Part shown: positions 17,239 to 20,990 of the stretch, one piece after another
How the letters are laid out: every line of letters starts with the position of its first letter
Position numbering within the stretch: the first letter of the stretch is position 1
NCBI GenBank assembly: GCA_036351155.1
Contig: JAZBOO010000315.1
Span: forward strand, 1-20,990
DNA: 20,990 bases
Reading direction: 5' to 3'
From: Candidatus Krumholzibacteriia bacterium
GTDB taxonomy: Bacteria > Krumholzibacteriota > Krumholzibacteriia > LZORAL124-64-63
Notes under the pieces: model-generated
Databases searched by the model: none
What the model saw: the letters and a program-made list of their open reading frames with translations, nothing else
Told to the model about the DNA's origin: nothing
Translations under genes and position numbers: made by a program

Positions 17239-18008
17239 CAGCGAAGCTCCCGCCGGGCAAATACGCCCCCGGCCACGATCAGGATCAGACCAGACCAGGC
17301 CACCCCGTAAATCGTGGCCATCAACAGCAGATCACCGGAGACTCCTGCCCCGTGGACCACCTGGGCCCGCACGTTGAACACCTCGAGGTTGGGCAGCAGA
17401 TAGTAAACCATTTCCGAGGTGATCTTCTGGAACTCGGTCCCCTGCAGCTGGCCGAAATCCCGGATGGACTGACTGAGGTGACCCACCGCAAATGCACCCA
17501 GGGTGAAGACCGCCGCCAGGATGGGCGATACGCAGGTGGAAAAAAGCACGGCCACCGCATTGATCACGGTCAGTTCCAGGAAGGTCAGATAGAAAACCGG
17601 AACGAAGCGCAGCGAGAAGGTGCCCGGGGCCAGGAAGGTCATCAGCAAGAACAGAATCCCCATGATGGTCAACATGGTCAACAGGGTCAGGTTCAACCCC
17701 ATGAACTTGCCCACCAGGTATTCACGGCGCCCCACCGGCTTGGACAGGATGGTCAGGATGGTGCCCTTGTCCATCTCCTTGCGCACCATGCCGCTGCCGA
17801 CGAAGACCACCACCAGCAGGCCGAACAGGCTCATGCCGGCCAGCCCAACATCGGACATGATTTTCCCCTGGGCTCCGACCGTCAGAGGGGACAGCACCGC
17901 GGTGCTGGCCAGCATCACGAACCCGAAAACGCCCACCAGGTAGAAGATCCGGTCACGGACCGTTTCACGAAAAGTGCTCCAGGCCAGGGCTGCGATCCGG
18001 TTGCTCAC
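17238..18008 (-). CDS. ABC transporter permease, PilI-like
   Basis: TFRETVRDRIFY, EMDKGTILTILSKPVGRREYLVGKF.G, YYLLPNL, ARRELR and about 6 TMs. GTG 18008 with GGAGG SD overlaps the upstream stop. Confidence 0.85.
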   Translation of the reverse strand: MSNRIAALAWSTFRETVRDRIFYLVGVFGFVMLASTAVLSPLTVGAQGKIMSDVGLAGMSLFGLLVVVFVGSGMVRKEMDKGTILTILSKPVGRREYLVGKFMGLNLTLLTMLTIMGILFLLMTFLAPGTFSLRFVPVFYLTFLELTVINAVAVLFSTCVSPILAAVFTLGAFAVGHLSQSIRDFGQLQGTEFQKITSEMVYYLLPNLEVFNVRAQVVHGAGVSGDLLLMATIYGVAWSGLILIVAGGVFARRELR

Positions 18009-19036
18009 GCGCTTCCTCCCCGGTGTCCCACCGCCGAGAGAAACATTTCCTCCAGGCCCGAGGTGCATGGCTGAACAGATAGAACTTCCAGCCCGTCCTC
18101 ATGACAGCGATTCAGGGTTTCCCTGAGGGAAGACGCACTGTCCGCCGTGACCTCCGTCAATGAACCTTCGGGGTGTGAGGACCGGATCTTCACGGCGTAA
18201 CCGGTCTCCTCTCCCCCCGCCGCCAGATCGCGGACCAGGACCATCTGCCCTTCATTCAGGATCCCCACACTGTCGGCCAGCATTTCCACGTCGGGAACGA
18301 TGTGCGAGGAGAGGATGATGGTCTTGCCCTGGGCCTTGAGTTCACGCAGGAGATCGCGGACCTCGCGACGCCCCACGGGGTCCAGTCCGGACATCGGTTC
18401 GTCGAGAATGAGGAGCTGAGGATCACCCAGCAGGGCCTGGGCCAGCCCGATACGCTGGAGCATGCCCTTTGAGTACTTTTTCAATCGACGTCCGGCACTG
18501 GCCTCCATGCCGGTCCGTTGCAGGGCCCGATCGATCTCTTCTTCTTGAGCCTTCGCGGGAATACCCAGGAGGTCGGCGTAGAATGCCAGCAGTTCTCTGC
18601 CGGTCAGATGCTCGAAAAAATACGGCCGCTCGGGAAGATACCCCAGGCCAGAGCGCGCCTTGCTGTCCTGGTGGTCTCGCTCAAAGATGCGCACCTCACC
18701 CTGGTCCGGGTGAATCAGATCCAGGATGCAATTGAGGGTGGTGGTTTTTCCGGCTCCGTTGTGACCGAGTATGGCGAAGACGCTGCCCTGAGGCACCTGG
18801 AACGACACCCCGGAGATTCCCCTTTGCTTGCGGCGCAGGAATCCGGAACGGAAGGTCTTACCCAGGTCTCGCACCTCCAGCACCGTGGTGCCCGAAATCA
18901 CTGGCCGGGGAGCCGCCACTGGCCAGGGGGCCGTTTTTGCTCCCAGCTTCTCCCGGATTCGCCGCTTGGCCATGACCGGCTCGGGAGTGTCGGGCAAAGC
19001 GACTGGTGTGTTTCTTACCACTTTTTGCAAACTCAA
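18005..19036 (-). CDS. ABC transporter ATP-binding protein, PilH-like
   Basis: GHNGAGKTT, GYLPERPYF, YSKGMLQR, LILDEPMSGLDP and SSH. TTG 19036 is preceded by a strong SD GGAGGT; alternative ATG at 18973. Confidence 0.9.
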   Translation of the reverse strand: MSLQKVVRNTPVALPDTPEPVMAKRRIREKLGAKTAPWPVAAPRPVISGTTVLEVRDLGKTFRSGFLRRKQRGISGVSFQVPQGSVFAILGHNGAGKTTTLNCILDLIHPDQGEVRIFERDHQDSKARSGLGYLPERPYFFEHLTGRELLAFYADLLGIPAKAQEEEIDRALQRTGMEASAGRRLKKYSKGMLQRIGLAQALLGDPQLLILDEPMSGLDPVGRREVRDLLRELKAQGKTIILSSHIVPDVEMLADSVGILNEGQMVLVRDLAAGGEETGYAVKIRSSHPEGSLTEVTADSASSLRETLNRCHEDGLEVLSVQPCTSGLEEMFLSAVGHRGGSA

Positions 19037-19108
19037 CGTGCACCTCCGGCCCTCAAGAGAGCCCAGCAGCCCGGATTGACCATTTTATCGGTATGATGGG
19101 GGAGAAAT

Positions 19109-19124
19109 TGCAATGCCGGTGCCA
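19109..19124 (-). promoter_or_regulatory. sigma54 (-24/-12) promoter upstream of the ABC-TPR-pilD operon
   Basis: Minus strand TGGCACCGGCATTGCA, with correct GG-N10-GC spacing, intergenic, about 70 bp before the TTG start. Confidence 0.8.
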
Positions 19125-19203
19125 TATCGGCACCGGCACTGAAGTGCGGAGGGAAAAGGGAAGCGAACCGATCAAAGCAGCTCGACCGAAGATGGGTCGA
19201 TAA

Positions 19204-19617
19204 CTAGTTTCCGGTTTCCAGGACCAGGATGTTGCCGTCCTTGCCAAAAGCCGAGATGGTGTAACCCACGATGATCCCGTTATCCAGGACGGGCTCCACC
19301 CCGATTTCCCCGGGAGCCGCAGCGGCTTGCCCGAAATGGGGCTCCGTATAGAGACCGGTGAACGAGTTTCGTAACAGAGCCGTACCGGGCAGGTGCGGCA
19401 GGATATCTCCCGCCGCTGTCGAGTAAATACCCTCGTTGATGGCCCCGTAAGATTCCACCGCCAGCTGCACGGTATGCGCGTTGCTCTGGACTTCGGACTC
19501 CCTCGCCCGATCCTTCATGTTCAGTAAATTGGGAAGAGCCATGCCGGCCAGGATCCCGATCACCAGGACCACGACCATCAGCTCGATCAGTGTGAATCCG
19601 TTATTTTTAAACATCAT
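19204..19617 (-). CDS. Type IVa pilin paralogue (prepilin, 137 aa)
   Basis: Class III signal MMFKNNG|FTLIELMVVVLVIGILAGMALP with E5 and P22. Colinear with the 20174-20614 pilin. Confidence 0.88.
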   Translation of the reverse strand: MMFKNNGFTLIELMVVVLVIGILAGMALPNLLNMKDRARESEVQSNAHTVQLAVESYGAINEGIYSTAAGDILPHLPGTALLRNSFTGLYTEPHFGQAAAAPGEIGVEPVLDNGIIVGYTISAFGKDGNILVLETGN

Positions 19618-19626
19618 GAAACCCCG

Positions 19627-20064
19627 TTACCGCGGACTCCGGTTGCGACCCTTGAGGGTGAGCAAAACCGGGAATCCGCCTTCGTTGCGTCGTCCGTAGG
19701 CCTGGATGACATAGTCGCCCCCGTTGGTGGGCGAGCGGTAGGTCAGATCGCCTTCCCCTCCTTGAAAAAGAAGCCGTCCGCCGGTCAAGGGATTGTCCGG
19801 GGCGCGGTCTTCAGGAAGGTAGGGCAAAAGGTCCAGGTGATCCGTCGGGTAACGACCCTGGTGTGCTGCGGCATAGGTTTCGGCAGCGAGCTGGACCGTG
19901 GCGGCGTTTCCACGCACCGCAGCCAGCTGGGCTCTGCCTTTCAAGTGGATATATCCGGGAATGGCCAGCAAGAACAGACAGACCAGCACCAGGCTCGCCG
20001 TCCCGAGGGACAGGACCAGCGTGGACCAGTCAAAACTGTGCAGATCTGGCCTCTTCAACTTCAC
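19627..20064 (-). CDS. Pilin-like protein lacking the class III (G|FxxxE) cleavage motif
   Basis: Shares LAIP..RA..V..NAATVQLAAETYA..G.Y..DLLP.LP..N..TG..Y.I.AYG..LLTL with both neighbouring pilins, but begins VKLKRPDLHSFDWSTLVL. GTG 20064 fits the AGGAG SD better than ATG 20070. Confidence 0.75.
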   Translation of the reverse strand: MKLKRPDLHSFDWSTLVLSLGTASLVLVCLFLLAIPGYIHLKGRAQLAAVRGNAATVQLAAETYAAAHQGRYPTDHLDLLPYLPEDRAPDNPLTGGRLLFQGGEGDLTYRSPTNGGDYVIQAYGRRNEGGFPVLLTLKGRNRSPR

Positions 20065-20080
20065 GCTCATCTCCTGTTTT

Positions 20081-20119
20081 CAACAGAAAGGGCGGGACCA
20101 TGTGCGGTCCCGCCCCTTT
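20081..20119 (-). terminator. Intrinsic terminator after the major pilin gene
   Basis: Minus strand GGGCGGGACC-GCACAT-GGTCCCGCCC (10-bp stem, 20115-20090) followed by TTTCTGTTG. Confidence 0.75.
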
Positions 20120-20173
20120 GACTCGATCGAAAGCCCAGCTTCGTCGTTTTCGAAGCTTCGTCGAATTCGAGGC

Positions 20174-20614
20174 TTACTGGCCGCTGCTCAGCGTCAGGAT
20201 AATCCCGTTGTTGTTCGGGCCAGCGGTCGCGTCCTTGCCATAACCGGTGATGGTGTAGCCATCGGGCACACCGTTACCGTCGGGGTCGACCTCGATGATG
20301 CCAACCTGGCCGGAAGCGGCAGCGGCGGCACCAAACTGGGGCTCACTGGCAGCGCCGGTGAAGGCGTTATCCAGCAGGTTGCCACCGGGCAGCAGGGGCT
20401 GCAGGTCGGCGGCCAGGTCACTGTAGATACCATCGTTACGCACGGCGTAATCCTCGGCAGCCAGCTGGACGGTATGGGCAGCGCCCTTGACCTTGGCTTC
20501 CTTGGCACGATCCTGCATGCTGATGAAGTTGGGAATGGCGATGGCCGCCAGGATACCGATGATGACCACGACGATCATCAGCTCGATCAGAGTAAATCCC
20601 TTACGATTAAACAC
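20174..20614 (-). CDS. pilA: Type IVa major pilin (prepilin, 146 aa)
   Basis: GTG start after AAGGAGG. (M)FNRKG|FTLIELMIVVVIIGILAAIAIPNF is a canonical T4a pilin N-terminus, and the gene has its own sigma54 promoter and terminator. Confidence 0.9.
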   Translation of the reverse strand: MFNRKGFTLIELMIVVVIIGILAAIAIPNFISMQDRAKEAKVKGAAHTVQLAAEDYAVRNDGIYSDLAADLQPLLPGGNLLDNAFTGAASEPQFGAAAAASGQVGIIEVDPDGNGVPDGYTITGYGKDATAGPNNNGIILTLSSGQ

Positions 20615-20708
20615 TAGACGTCCTCCTTGCATCGGCCGCTTTCGCAGCCACTTGGCTAATGCACCGGGAATCCGGCACCTCACGAACCTGCCTACGGCAG
20701 TCTTTTCA

Positions 20709-20724
20709 AGCAATGGTTGTGCCA
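20709..20724 (-). promoter_or_regulatory. sigma54 (-24/-12) promoter of pilA
   Basis: Minus strand TGGCACAACCATTGCT, about 95 bp upstream of the pilA start. sigma54 control of pilA is known in Pseudomonas, Myxococcus and Geobacter. Confidence 0.85.
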
Positions 20725-20922
20725 GTTGCTTGAGCTTTCTCGACTTGCTCGTAAGTGACTTTGAAAAAGAAACTTACGATCTCTCCACCTGGGCTCCACC
20801 TGGACTGCCATCCCGGTTTTTCCGGGCTAATTGCCCATTTGCCCACCCCGATGAACCTTTATGCCGTGCGAGACGACATCCCGGGGCGGAGTGGGAAACC
20901 ACCCGGCCCGGAGGTCTCCCGC

Positions 20923-20990
20923 TCAAACCTCTTCGGTCACCATGTCCGCGTCCTCGGTTTCCCGGATCACCGATTCGACCGCCGCCAGCA
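20923..20990 (-). CDS. 3' end of an unidentified upstream gene (partial)
   Basis: Reads ..LAAVESVIRETEDADMVTEEV-stop (TGA 20925-20923) with GC3-rich codons. Too short to identify. Confidence 0.45.
   Translation of the reverse strand, partial: LAAVESVIRETEDADMVTEEV

Noticed and set aside
19182..19200. 6-bp hairpin TCGACC-N7-GGTCGA after the last pilin gene
   Set aside because: Weak stem with no adjacent U-tract; not enough support to call a terminator.
20503..20520. TGGCACGATCCTGCA, a sigma54-like sequence on + inside pilA
   Set aside because: GG-to-GC spacing is 9 rather than 10 bp, and it lies within coding sequence.
20174..20596. Electrically conductive (e-pilin) interpretation
   Set aside because: The mature pilin is 140 aa with 8 F/Y/W residues (about 6%). 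It is neither truncated nor aromatic-rich, and no cytochrome genes are nearby.
19204..20614. Silent pilin cassettes for antigenic variation, or a shufflon
   Set aside because: The paralogues are full ORFs with their own starts and are well diverged. No recombinase or repeated recombination sites are visible.
1..20990. CRISPR arrays, tRNA/rRNA genes, IS elements, prophage or defence genes
   Set aside because: Intergenic gaps are short and accounted for. No repeat-spacer periodicity, transposase or integrase motifs were seen.

Overview
A GC-rich bacterial chromosomal segment from a diderm, LPS-making organism. Almost all genes are on the minus strand, and no mobile elements, RNA genes or CRISPR arrays are evident. 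Reading in the direction of transcription (right to left), the right half is a type IVa pilus locus. It starts with a sigma54-driven major pilin and two tandem pilin paralogues, one of which has lost its prepilin cleavage site. These are followed by a PilH/PilI/PilG-like (Xap-like) ABC ATPase-permease-TPR module, prepilin peptidase pilD, and pilMNOPQ with an AMIN-less secretin and an apparently non-lipoprotein PilP. Three near-consensus sigma54 (-24/-12) promoters divide the locus. Downstream is a housekeeping run: aroK, rsmD, coaD, obg, dprA, a lipid A acyltransferase-like gene, and an ABC-2 exporter (ATPase plus two permeases). Next comes the only + strand gene (DUF3467-like). Last is a sigma70-type operon of split heptose kinase and adenylyltransferase (rfaE1/rfaE2) followed by a COG2403 P-loop NTPase. 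That gene is missing from the ORF track and resembles arginine synthetase ArcE. All protein calls come from motif recognition by eye; no database searches were run.
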